From the NCBI RefSeq assembly GCF_006345805.1, contig NC_043006.1, forward strand, positions 61,876,001-61,940,000: a stretch of 64,000 nucleotides of DNA, written 5' to 3'. Under the pieces are notes generated by a model. That model was given only the letters and a program-made list of their open reading frames with translations. It made no database searches and was not told the origin of the DNA. Below, one piece after another: positions 13,314 through 25,842 of the stretch; position 1 is the stretch's first letter; every line of letters begins with the position of its first letter. This DNA is from Octopus sinensis. Lineage: Eukaryota. A program made the position numbers and the translations under genes.

Positions 13314-14702
13314 TCACGTTTGTGAAAGGGAGCACGGCGGTCTAATTTTGCCTGCTTCCTTTCTTCCGCTACTGCAGGGCTTTTGACCGGCGTTGCCACT
13401 GGGCTCTGGGTTGGTGTGGTTGCCGGGGTTATTGTTAGTTTTCCTTCTAACACCTCTTTGGTAACATCTCTTATTAGGCGGTTCTTCAGGTGTTCCTGAA
13501 GAACCTCCTCCTTCCATTCGTTCTCTCGCCTACCTTGGCGAAGCGCGCAATTGCTTTTCCATCTGAGGTTCTGCTATACAGCATGAACCTCGACAGTTTG
13601 CAGCATTTGTAAACTTTTTCGTTTTTTTCATCAAACGCAATTATTTTTTCGTTTTTCAATAAACATTTTTTAGGATCTTGTTTTACGGGGAGGGGTTTGG
13701 CAAACTGTTTTCCAATGAAAACAGTGCCATGGGGGTAGGGTTGGGGGATTTGCTTAATGTGTGTGTCTGTAGTGCTAGTTGTTTTTTTCCTTGTTTGGGG
13801 AGGGGAGTCCAGGGTATTTTCTTTTTTTCTTTTGTGCGTAACTTGGGTGTATTCCATCGGTTCTATTTGGTCTATTTTTGCTTCCGCAATTGTCTTGGTC
13901 GTTTTGTTGTTCTTCTTAGCTTCCTCTCCCTCCGCATTGGGTACACTTGGAGGGGCCGCATCTTCTGTTCTTTTTTTCCTGATGCAATTGGAACGGACGT
14001 GACCCTTTTCTCCACACTTGAAGCATCTGGGTCTTCGTCCTTCCACCGACACTCTCATGGACGTGCCATCCTCGTTAAAAATCCTGTCAGGCAGGCTCTC
14101 CAAGATCTTGTTCTCTGCCTGTACGAGGAGCTCCAGAGTCTGACCCCTCCAACGTACCGCTTCCTTCCTTCTCATTTGCAGTATGTTCATTTCGCGTTCT
14201 ACATCATGTAAGACCGCCGCTGCTACCCACATGGTGTCGTATCCTCTGGGTATGTCTTCAACCGTTACCTTTGCGGTTCTCTTCCCCATATACGAGGGTA
14301 GCAGCATGATGTCGTCGTTTTTAAGGGTCAACGACGACCCTCCTTCGCCACCTCTGCCGTGTCAAAGTGTGCTTCGATCGTGGCACTTCGTGCACCTCTC
14401 ACTATATGGCGAATTTTATCCCACACCGGGGCCAAGCATTTCTCAACGGTTTCGTTTTTTACTTCCATGATCTTTTTTTCTTTAAAGTTGTACACTTTAT
14501 AGATTACGATCTTTTCCTTGATTTCTTGCACCTTCGCTTGCGGCGGCACAAGCCTTATTTCTCCTCCTTCTAGTTTTACCAAATTCCTATATTCGTACAG
14601 TTGTTCAATCTTGAATTCTATCTCCAACATGGCGCCGCCCACCGCGGCCGAGAATGATTGCCTGGGTACTGGGTTTTCCTCTTTTTCACCTTTTCCCATC
14701 AC
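13314..14702 (-). CDS. Tx1 ORF1 (gag-like RNA-binding protein with zinc knuckle), frameshifted
   Basis: ORF-track pieces 14328-14702, 13486-14331 (VEGRRPRCFKCGEKGHVRSNC) and 13314-13517 directly upstream of ORF2. Confidence 0.8.
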
Positions 14703-14930
14703 GGAAAGTCTTCCTTCGACGTTAGGTCGAACTCCATCTCTGAAGGTACCTTTAAAGTAACAAGAATATGGTTAGAACAAAATTTTCTGCCCCGTAGGGC
14801 GAAAATTATCGTTTTACGACGGGTACTGTTCAGAACAGTTTACAAACAATGATATTATAACTTCGAATTCTCTTAAATAGCAGCAGCAAATTTCTCACAA
14901 CGCAAAACGCAACAAACTGCTCCGCAAATG

Positions 14931-15045
14931 ACAGCTAACTGATCAACATCAACGAAGCACATGGGTGAGTTTATATATATTACATCCGGGTGAATGGCAA
15001 ACTTTTACAAAATTGCATTTCGGGAGAGGAAATTTTTTTTCGAAT
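14931..15045 (-). mobile_element. 5' part of the inverted hammerhead repeat copy, including the right TSD
   Basis: Reverse complement matches the unit segment tttcctctcccgaaatgcaa...cacccatgtgcttcgttgatgttgatcagttagctgt. Confidence 0.85.
14936..14979 (-). promoter_or_regulatory. Candidate Pol II core promoter: TATATATAAA followed by TCAGTT (Inr-like)
   Basis: TATATATAAA at 14979-14970 and TCAGTT at 14942-14937 on the minus strand; TATAAA-to-A spacing is ~35 nt, slightly longer than canonical. Function is inferred. Confidence 0.35.
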
Positions 15046-15292
15046 TTTTTTCTCTTATGAGGTTCTTACGCTATCTACCTGAAATTTCTTGTTAAGTTTT
15101 CCTTATTAAGTATTTTCCTATTGCAAAATTTTTATATTCCGAAAAAACTTTTCCTCTCCCGAATGCAATTTGGTTAAAAGTTTGCTTCACCCGGATGTAT
15201 ATATATAAACTCACCCATGTGCTTCGTTGATGTTGATCAGTTAGCTGTTCGGCTTAAGCGAGGCAGGGTCGTTGTTTATTTATAATACATTC

Positions 15293-15340
15293 AGGCCTGC
15301 TGATGATTACGTAAGTATGAAATCACTGTGATACAGGCCT
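15293..15340 (+). ncRNA. Minimal type-I hammerhead ribozyme motif
   Basis: aggcctg CTGATGA t-tac-gtaa-gta-t GAA Atcactgtga T A caggcct; predicted cleavage after A15333. Confidence 0.72.
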
Positions 15341-15776
15341 ATATATTTTTAAATGTCTTACTTTGAAAAATTGCATTCGGTGGGATTAGTAATATTTTTG
15401 GTAGAAATGACTGATTGTCCCTCTTAGCGTTTGGCAGGTATATATAATGCCTCCTGGCATGTATGTATAATTATGCCCTCTATATATAAATTAATATTCA
15501 ATAAGAAATAATTATTTTCGAAATTTTTTCTCTTATGAGGTTCTTACGCTATCTACTACTGACAATTTCTTGTTAAGTTTTCCTTATTAAGTAGTTGTCC
15601 TTAATTGCAAAATTTTTATTCCGAAAAAACTTTTCCTCTCCCGAAATGCAATTTTGTAAAAGTTTGCCATTCACCCGGATGTAATATATATAAACCACCC
15701 ATGTGCTTCGTTGATGTTGATCAGTTAGCTGTTCGGCTTAAGCGAGGCAGGGTCGTTGTTTATTTATAATACATTC

Positions 15777-15823
15777 AGGCCTGCTGATGATTACGTAAGT
15801 ATGAAATCACTGTGATACGGCCT
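15777..15823 (+). ncRNA. Minimal type-I hammerhead ribozyme motif (1-nt deletion in the 3' strand of stem I)
   Basis: Same core at 15784-15817, followed by cggcct instead of caggcct. Confidence 0.6.
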
Positions 15824-15959
15824 ATATATTTTTAAATGTCTTACTTTGAAAAATTGCATTCGGTGGGATTAGTAATATTTTTGGTAAAATGACTGATTGT
15901 CCCTCTAGCGTTGGCAGGTATATATAAGCCTCCTGGCATGTATGTATAATTATGCCCTC

Positions 15960-16039
15960 TATATATAATTATATATATATATATATATATATTAATATAT
16001 ATTATATATATATATAATATATATATATATGTATATCTA

Positions 16040-16122
<83 letters not shown>
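15960..16122. repeat. (TA)n microsatellite
   Basis: Seen directly. Confidence 0.95.
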
Positions 16123-18580
16123 TTCAAATTATAGAAAAGGAAAGACGTAGACAGGTGTAAAAAGAAGCACGTTTGAAAGTTCTATATTTGCCGTCTACCC
16201 GGGCAACTACTCTGTGCTGATAAAGGCATTAATGTAACCATGATTGACTTAATCCTCCGACAAAAATACAAAAATATGAATTAAAGCGAAATTTTGTGGT
16301 AGACAAGTGTGTGATTTATTCGTTGATAGATGAAATTTTAAATCATGTTCCTAGACTTGTTTACCCTAAACATCATTCTGAACTTGAACAATTTACCTCT
16401 GCCCGGAGAATATTACAATTACATTCTGAATTTTCAAGTTCCGTTCGTTATAAAATCGATCAGTGTCTGGTGTTGTATTCATAGCAACAAAACGCAAACA
16501 CAAGTCGTGTTGTATACCTCAATTTACATTTTTGAAACAAAAACTCGAAGTTTATTCTTTCAGTTTATTGTTCTGAAATACCGTTCTTGCCAACATTTTT
16601 CTTATTACAGATATAATATCAGTTAATTGAAAATCATTTTTGCTTCATTAAACCTTCGATGTTAACCAGAACGTAACATTTTACGCTTCACAGAGATGAC
16701 TTCTTCGAGAAATTTACCATTGTAATTGCAAAATTGCCTAGAAAATTAAATACTTCCACTTGAAAAATATACATTCATTAAATCATGTTGACTGATGGTT
16801 GTGCTCTTCAACTTACTGGTTATGACCAATGGCTAGTGGCAAATGACTTGACGAACCCTCTGTGGGTGGTAGAGTGCTGCCTTAATAGTACGCACCAAAT
16901 GTTACTAATCAACCCTCCCCAAAATATATGGCACGAAAAGGCAAAGAAATCACGTTCTATGGAGAATGGAAGTATTTAATAGAGGTACTGAAGATTTAGA
17001 CACAGTACATGAGATAGGTGTTGGAATAAGGATATCCCGAGCGTAGCACATTTGGCTCCAGGAGAGACAAAGTATTATAATAGGAATAGTGGTTATTCAG
17101 CATAGCTGTGGACTAGACGATGGATAATATCTCTGAGTGGTTCAATGCTAATCAATAAAGTGATCATTCTCTGGATGCGGTCACGTATATTTTGTGTGGA
17201 GCAATAGTAACAATTAGTAGGACATTCTAGAAATACGCTATCGTGGGTTTCAGTACTGCTTTAAAGAATATCCATAAAAATGGAAGATAAAAAAAGGTAA
17301 AATTTGCAGTCTTACCTAAATTAATTATTTGCGATTAGAGAAAACTAGGTCGGAAAAAAAAACCTAGCATTTAATGCAGTTGTAAATATTGTAGTTGTGT
17401 ATAGATCACCGTTTTTATATATAAATCGTGCTTGTATACTCTACTACTGAAAAACAAAATATTACCTTGGGGTCACTAGAAGATGCATCCCGATCAGTGA
17501 AAGTTTTTTCCTGGGATATAGAGGTTCCGTGTGGGAGGTGGGTATTTGAAGTTGCAGAATTATATTAGCTGGATTATATTGACTATCCTACACTATGCAA
17601 GTATCATATTACAAAATCATGAACAGAGTTGACCCAATATATCTCAAGGTTCTTTTCCTAATACTGGCATATCTCTATTTCTTCGTAGGTTTATTGAAAC
17701 TTTGGAACTCTTTTCCGATTTTTCTCTCCTTCTGAAATATCTCTTTAACACTTGTTATCTTTCATTTGATCATATGTCTAATTGTAATTAATAAATGATC
17801 ACTTTTTTACTAATTTTATTTTGCGTTTTAAAGTATATTTAACTACCTAGAGATTACACCACTCCTTTCAAACAGCATGCACAACATTATTACAAAACAT
17901 TTTGACCAAAATTCTAATTAACATAAGATAGATAAATAGGCAGTGAATACAAAAATGAAGAACAACTGTTGAGATCTCCGAGCTGTAATTCACCTTCAAT
18001 AATTTCACTTAGGCTGTACTATATGGATGAAAGGATATATCAGTTCTACTCTATTACGCCATTCATTTCTTTTGTATGAACGTATTGACACGAAGCTGTT
18101 ATTGTAATTGATAAGAAGCTGTTATTCTAAATACTATTTATTGTACACATATTAAACATTCTGTGTATACGAGTGTATACACAGAATTACGTAAATTTAT
18201 TGAGACCAAACGCCCAAGAAAAGTGACGTAAAGGGCCTTCTTTCATCAGAACAATGATCTAGTAAATAAATTGTTGGGTTTAATGGCTGATGTGTCTGAC
18301 TGAGGCTTTGAACTGGTTCATTACCGACCCTATTCTCCTGATTTTCCCCCATTTTCCTATCAATCTTTCTCAAACATGAAAAGCACTTGGCTGGAAAATA
18401 GTATCACAGTGATGATGACGTCATATCTCCTGTTGACTATTTGTTTACCAATAGGATGAAAGCGCTGCAATACTAATAGAAGAAGCTTGTGGACCTCATA
18501 GCGTAACATTCCATGATAGTATTTTGGTCAGCCCATAAACATTTCAGCCGACCTTTGTATGTTAATTCCATTGAATATAT

Positions 18581-18904
18581 TTTGTGCTTGCAGGTATATC
18601 GAAATTAAGGTAATTCGAGAATGAAGAATGATAAATGATCGCACAATTACGGAAGCTGAAGTTCTGCTCGGCTGGAGAAAATTTGATCAATACTTTTGTC
18701 GAGTGTGGTCCAAGGGACTGCAAAACCTCCCAAGGCATTGGAAGAAGGCGTAGCAAAATTATTTGGGCCAACATGCCAAAACGTATGAGTACGAGATGGA
18801 AGAACATTGTGAGTTGCGATGTAGAATCATACTTGATTTTGTAGCTGATAAAGGATAAGAGATATATACCTAGATGCATAGGCAGGTTCGTTTGGGCGCT
18901 AGGT
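18581..18904 (+). repeat. Dispersed duplicated segment, copy 2 (exon-like)
   Basis: Homologous to 7862-8212 with 18-nt and 9-nt deletions. Confidence 0.85.
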
Positions 18905-19199
18905 AAATGAATTGCTAAAATTTTGACCTCCCCTATTTCCAATCTGATATCTGCTGCACTTCTCTGCCAAAACATCTTTCCACTTCATTCTTTCAGTTAG
19001 GTAAATAAAGCAGAAATTAAGGGCGATGGATTAGCCAAAATGCAAGAACTTGCAACGATATACATTTTGTAACTGTGCACATACAGTTCAAATCGCACAT
19101 TCTATCATGGGTCATTGCAAGGTATTAATTACAGATATTCACTACTAAAGCTATTTTAATTTTCGGTATATTTTATAAGGGGTTAACTGCAAAAACAGC

Positions 19200-19810
19200 A
19201 TACTGAAATATATAAAAAAAGCCATATTGACTTCGTGACAGTGATGAGAATTGCGTCCCGCATGCGCGACTGTATGGAATTGGAAAGGCACATACAACAC
19301 TTCATCGATCACATGCAGGTCTGTGGCTACAATCAAAGGAAGGGGATTAGAGTGTACAAAGAAGCCAGGATTAAGTACAACGCCGTCATAGAGAGTGATG
19401 CTAAGGGGATCTGCCCGCTGCACAGAGGTGAATCCTAGTACAGCAGAGAAGGGATCAGAAATAATATAGATAAAGCCAACTCATGCCATGACGTTTGTGC
19501 TACCCCTAGAGTAAGTTTTTAGAAAATCATTAAGTAAGGCTAATCTATAGATTAAAGTAGTAGAAAGGCCTGGTTCCTCTATAAAATTCTTGACTCGTAG
19601 ACCTAATCCCTTTGATAAGTTCCCATGTACGGAGAACAATTGTAGTGTATGTAGGATGAACTCAAGAGTTAACTGTAAGGTTAGAATATAGTGTATGGCT
19701 TATGGTGTACTGAGAGATGGTACAGAAACATGGCAACTGCTTATATGGAGAGGCTTCACGTTAGATATAGGAAAGCGTACAGGTGAATACTGGCGAACAC
19801 TCAAATAAGA
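19200..19810 (+). mobile_element. Penelope-like element fragment (post-RT region, Cys-rich linker, GIY-YIG), degraded
   Basis: VMRIASRMRDC...HFIDHMQVCGYNQ...DAKGICPLHR; then PNPFDKFPCTENNCSVCRMNSRVNCK, VYGLWC and a frameshifted Y(I)GEASR...RTGEY; this matches the layout of Cys-linker (Neptune-type) PLEs. Confidence 0.65.
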
Positions 19811-22800
19811 GAAAGGTTAGTCAGTGCTCTACCAACATGCTCAAGCAGAACATTGAGACTCGATTAATAGCATAAAGCTTAAAGTAATATCAACGCATAG
19901 AAATGACACCACACTTAGATCACAGAAGCTACATACATAGTAATAGACACACCGAACCTCAATAGAAAACAGGAATGGAACAATAATACCCGCCACCACA
20001 CCACACAACATGATGACTAAAGACATAAAGGAAAAGAGACCGAGAGAAAAAATAAAATACAGATACAAGCAGGGTAATACACACACAATAGACATATGTG
20101 CATGTACCTGTGATACATATAAGAAATAAGAATAGATAAATGAAAGCGAAAATATAATAATGTAATATACTTATCACATACCTATGACATATATAAGAAA
20201 TAGAGATAGATAAAAATAAATAAATCTATATAAAGAGTGCGGATACCAACGATATAGGAATTGAAACCATATACACATACAAACAAACAGTAACTTCACA
20301 GATGGCCGCAACAGTATCAACAACACGACACACAACGACAGCGGTAGCTGCGCGGTGACAACAATGGCACAAGGGCAATAACAACTATCACGATGGCTGC
20401 AAGGTGACCGAACACACTAACACAGAGAGATACAAGAACTGTCGCGAAATTCGGGTCCTTAAACAGCATCAAATATAACGGGGGAGGAAAAGGTTATAGT
20501 GATACTAAGAACAATGAAACACACACATACAGATGCACACAATGTCACAAACATTGACGCAAACGCATGCGAATATACATCATAGAAGAAGAGAATGAAA
20601 TACGTAGATGAAGAGCACACACGAAGGCGGAAGATGTCACTGAAGAGGTCACAGATATGTGGCAAAATATTTCCGGACAATGGACATGAGTTAGAATTAG
20701 AACAGTAATAAACGAGTGAAGAACGTATATATATAATGTATGTGTTTATTTAGCCAAAACAAAATTATAATAACCGTCCCGAAATACAACAATATTGACT
20801 TTTTTTGTTGAAAAATCTAACTATATATAATACGATATACAAGAAGCGTACCTATAAATCGCACATATCTCAACGTATTTTCTAAATATTGAAAATATTT
20901 GTTAAATTTATTTTTAAAATTATAGAGAATAACCAATATATGAAAGATATGAAACGATAAAAATAAATTATACACAGAGCTGTATGTTTTCCCATTATTG
21001 TAAACATTAATTACATCAGCAGAAAAAAGTTTGCCAATCAATAACAGCAGACGTTATTTACCAAAAATAAATTGCTTTGAGTAAATATCGATCTATTATA
21101 TCGGCATAAGGGTACAGAGAGTAGGAAACCAGTTAAATATAACATCGATACACCAGAATATTCCAGATTACATAGCTATATTATCGCTACAGGTGACATG
21201 GAAAATGAAAAACATGCCTAAAGAAATTTGAAACAGAAATTCACCACACACACACACACGCGCGCATGCACACACACACACTACGACATGTACCATTCTT
21301 TAGAGTGGGGGTTCTGGTTGTTAAATAATTATTGTGGAATAATCATATTTAGTGGGTTGTACTTAGTGTTCAAAATGACCCTACAATATCAATTTCCATA
21401 GTTTTAAATAAATCTGGGATGTTTGCATTTACATATACACAGCAGTTGAATAAATAGAACATTCAAGAGATGTTGAATGGAATGCGTGCAAGCTTTCACA
21501 ACCCAATATTTTAAATACTGATATGAAGACATTTCATCATTGCAGAGAACAATAAAAAGCATTACAGGCACTTTATCAAAAATCTGCATGAAATAGCTAC
21601 GAATAGCCCCTCAAGACTTTCTAGGCAGAAGAGGTCGGAATTGAGTTGCTTAGCTCTGCGTTACACTGGAGGTCGTTTTATATGGTTATTCAAAATCCCA
21701 ACATTTTGATGTAATAATCACCACAAGATTTCTAGAAAGTTCGGCCAGACTAATTGGCGGGAAGGTTTCAGCTTACATTTATAGACACCAGCCACTCTCA
21801 CTGACTCATGTCGATGCCCTTTATGGTAACACAATACATTTTTCATAACCCTCCTTAACTTTTATGGCACAATTGTAGACAATAATCCAGGCCTGGTGAC
21901 GCACAATGCAATGGTTCAACGTTCAGCAGGAACCTCGCCTGAAGAGTCTTCTCCTAGTGAATTTGTTATAACACAAAGGGAAAGAAAACACATTTACCTG
22001 TAGCAGAAATATTAGCAATTGCAACAACAAAAGCAAATACAAGCGAAAAAGTTCAATATATAAACAGATTTCAAAAAAGATCAGTACATGTATAAGCTAT
22101 AAGCACACCGAAATATTTTATTATGCATACTAAATGTGTTCCAACTTCACAAACTTGTATCATGTTGATATTTTCAACATTTAACCAATCAGGTACACTG
22201 GAAAATTATATATACGTATATATTTATTTCATAATTACACTGAATTATACTCTTTTTTTTTTTCAGCTTGCGTGCAATTCAAAATAATAACTTCCACGAG
22301 CCATATGCCTATGCATCACTAACTAGTTTAGTGCATTGTTAAAGACAGTAAAACACCTGGTTACAAGAGACTGTGAGCGCCAGTCGTAAATACATAGGGA
22401 TTTAATACTGACTTCTTTGCAACAGCGAATAATAATCGTTTTTTTAATAAACTATATTAATACGTAACTAAAATTGATAATCCAAATATTTACACATTAA
22501 AAAGATATCGCAGGCGCGATACCTGTGAAAGACAAGAGATGCCCAACAATATTGAACGTAACAATAGAAGAATACGTGTAAACAAAATTTATTACATCTA
22601 ATTGCCAAATATAAAATATTGACATGGCTACTGACTTGATAATAAAGACACCCTCTACGGCAATTATGTAGCAAACAGATGTGACAACATGAACATATAC
22701 ATAAAATCAAATGAACAATTCTAATTGATAAATTTTAATAAAATTATAATCATGTACTACAAACAGTCACAGACACTGGAAGAGTTATAAACATGTGTAT

Positions 22801-22927
22801 ATATATATATATATATATGCATATATCGTTTTTGTTTTTGGTTTGCAAGATTCTTTACATGAGTTCGTGTGTTGAAACATATTCTGTTGTGTCCGGGGAG
22901 AGTCATTTTATTTCTGTGCCTTATAAT

Positions 22928-23726
22928 ATAACACACTCACCGGTAAAATATCCACTTTTTTCTTATTTATATTTTCCTAAAATTTTCGGTGCGTCTTGCA
23001 GACAAATACGACAGTACGTCCTTATAAATGAAACCTCCCCAATACTAAATAGGAAATATACATAGTAAATACCATAGCTCCATACCAACAGTTTACACAG
23101 GTAGAGTAGAATAGTTAGTGGACTGTTAGGTAGATAAATGTATGTGTGTGTGCGTGTGAGTGTGTGTGTGCCCCCTCTTTCTTATGTATGTAAGCATGAA
23201 AATAAACAGATCAACATACAGACGGATATGCTATAAGAACAGACACATATGGAAACACGGATCCCCACATATAAAGATGCAGGTCCATACATACAAACAT
23301 GGTACATAGTTGCATAACACACACACACACAGACATGCAGACAAAAGGAGACAGGGATGCATACACATACAAACATATGCTCACACACACATACATAGAA
23401 AATACACAAACAACAGACATGCAAGCACATAAATATGCAGGATACGTACATACATATGCACACACATACATACGTATATACATATGCATACACCCACATA
23501 TATACATACGTACACATGCAAAGACACACATGCATACATACGTACATGCATGCATATATAGGCCCCCCCACACACACACTGACCCACACACATGCGCACA
23601 AAAAAACAAAAAATTCAGTGTAAATAACGGACAGAATCAAAACTATTGAAAGGTTGCAAAACGCAACGAAAATTTTGGGAAAATAAAAATATGAAAAAGT
23701 GGATATTTTACAGATGAGTATGTTAC
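22928..23726. repeat. MITE-like foldback: ~73-bp imperfect inverted arms around a CA-rich interior
   Basis: 22928-23000 (taacacactcaccggtaaaatatccacttttttc...gcgtcttgca) pairs with the reverse complement of 23654-23726. Confidence 0.7.
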
Positions 23727-23732
23727 ACAACA

Positions 23733-23774
<42 letters not shown>

Positions 23775-25842
23775 TATATATGTATGTATGTATGTATGTA
23801 TATATTCAAGCAATGCTAATTGAGACGGATTTCCTATTCGTCTTAGAAGTACTTATTCCTACAAAACAAAGCCCATATTCATAATGGAACGAAACTGCAA
23901 TCAGAACGATTGTATACATTCAAAGCTCCTTTTTGAGAAGCAAAAGTGTTTATATTTGTATTGTGTTGCGTTGCGTTTTCATTCCATACCACAGCCACCT
24001 CTTACAAAATACTGGCTAACATAAGCATCAAAGTATATAAAATGGTATATAGAAATGCCAAAATATAAAGAATCTCATAATTCTATAAACCTGTATTTTC
24101 TTCAAAAACATATCTGTGTGGCTTTATTGGTAACAGAAATTCATCGCGATAGATTTTGACAAGCGTTTTTGTTTACAAATAGAATTAGTGTGGCAATCAT
24201 CATACGTTTTCTTTCAAATTGATGCTGTGTATATCTTGACAATGTTTTTTTTTTTCTATTATTATTAGATTACAAATTGTCTGCTACTTAGATTAGGACA
24301 AAAATCATATACCATAAATAGTGTCTTATTACCTTCTATCTTGCGAAACGTCAGGATTGATCATTATAAAAAATTATCAACATTGTAAACAAAGAGTATA
24401 CGCAGGCAGAGAAAAGACTAAAACAGACTGCGATATATACACATATGTACATACATACACAGAAATTATTTGATATGTGTGTGTGTGTGTATCATTACTA
24501 ATGCGGTTTTGTATATTGTTTGTAGAATATATATATCACTAACTCCTATAACTTGTCGATGTAAATGGGATTTTAACGGAAAAATTTCATTCTTGTTCGT
24601 GAAACTAGAAGTTACTGGATATAATGAGAAATATTCTTGAGACTTTTAAAGCTATTTATATATCAAATTCATTAGTGAAGCGAATGGTTCTGCATCTCTC
24701 CTTCGGAGAACTACTTGTGTATACAAATAATTTTTGTGGTTCAGGTTCGCTGATATCTTTACGCATATGTCTGTATAATGTTAGTAGCTCATATATATTT
24801 GTTCTCTGTTCACTAATATTGGAATTCCCTTATTTTCCTTCCTCTTCATCAATCTGAGAAATAGATATTTCCTTCACATTAACATGCTTAGAAAATGCAT
24901 TCTTTGTTCATGTTAAAATTTACCAATAAAACCAAGGTCACGCATAGCTATTAAATAATTCACTCCATCAGCATTGCAGTAATATATTACTTAAAAGAAT
25001 TTTCAGGTGAAATTTCCGAAATAGTGACGACAATTGAAAAATTACTGAACAACAAAGACATTTGGAATCCCTTTTGTTGTTAAATATGTCATATAGGTAT
25101 CATACATTTTTCGATTGTCAGAATTCTTGGGAACATTTACCCAATGGCATGATTTTAAAGTAGGAAATGAACAGAGAAAATATGATGGTGGATAATTGTT
25201 CAATTCAGATAGGAAAGGAACGTTCCACGCAGAAATACGATTTATGTAGAAAATGTTTATGTGAAAGTTAGTGAAAGGTGTGTAGGTTATCTGAATATTC
25301 CAGATATAGTAGCGAAACACGTATAGACATGTAGGTACATATATGAACATATACACAAATACATACATATATGTATGTGGGTACGTGTTTAGAGAGAGAG
25401 AGAGAGCGAGAGAGAGAGGGAAACACGCAGGCAGAGATATACAGACAGACAGTCAGACATGCTGAGCGATAATTCGTGTTACACTATGCATCGGTTCACG
25501 GTAACAGAACATGAGGCTCGGTTCAAATATAACAAACTACGTATCATCCCTGTTAGGTATCTCAGTGAGTGGAGTCTAGACCGATTACCTTTACTGGTAT
25601 TTTGTCGTACAATTTGTGATGATGAAGTTAAGCCAAATATTTTGAAATCATTTAATACGAACATTTCAAATTTCCTTAATATATAATATTAATTGAAGAC
25701 ATTTCACTACTGCCCCGGCCACATTCCCTCCCTAAGATTTCAGTAATACTGTAATATCTCTTATCCTCTGCTCGTGCTAGGAAGTTGGGTGTGTTTCAGC
25801 AAGTGATGATTTTTTAAAAAATGCAGATTAAAAGTATGTAAC

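Larger units (their letters stand above)
9654..14930 (-). mobile_element. Full-length Tx1/L1-clade non-LTR retrotransposon (~5.3 kb) with 18-bp TSD
   Basis: ORF1 with a CX2CX4HX4C knuckle; ORF2 with APE, RT and C-terminal CCHC; AATAAA just before the 3' junction; exact TSD on both sides. Confidence 0.93.
15036..15965 (+). mobile_element. ~1.9 tandem copies of the 484-bp hammerhead repeat
   Basis: CTGATGA cores at 15300 and 15784 give a 484-nt period; copies differ mainly by 1-bp indels; followed by (TA)n. Confidence 0.88.

Noticed and set aside
11760-14852. Plus-strand ORFs overlapping the Tx1 element (e.g. 13678-14211, 177 aa)
   Set aside because: Antisense shadows of GC-richer LINE coding sequence, with no recognisable motifs.
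15200-15275. Tx1 target as an snRNA, tRNA or 5S gene, as for other site-specific Tx1 families
   Set aside because: From memory it does not match U1, U2, U4, U5, U6, tRNA or 5S; the atacttac near the hammerhead is only an 8-nt coincidence with the U1 5' end. An Rfam search would settle it.
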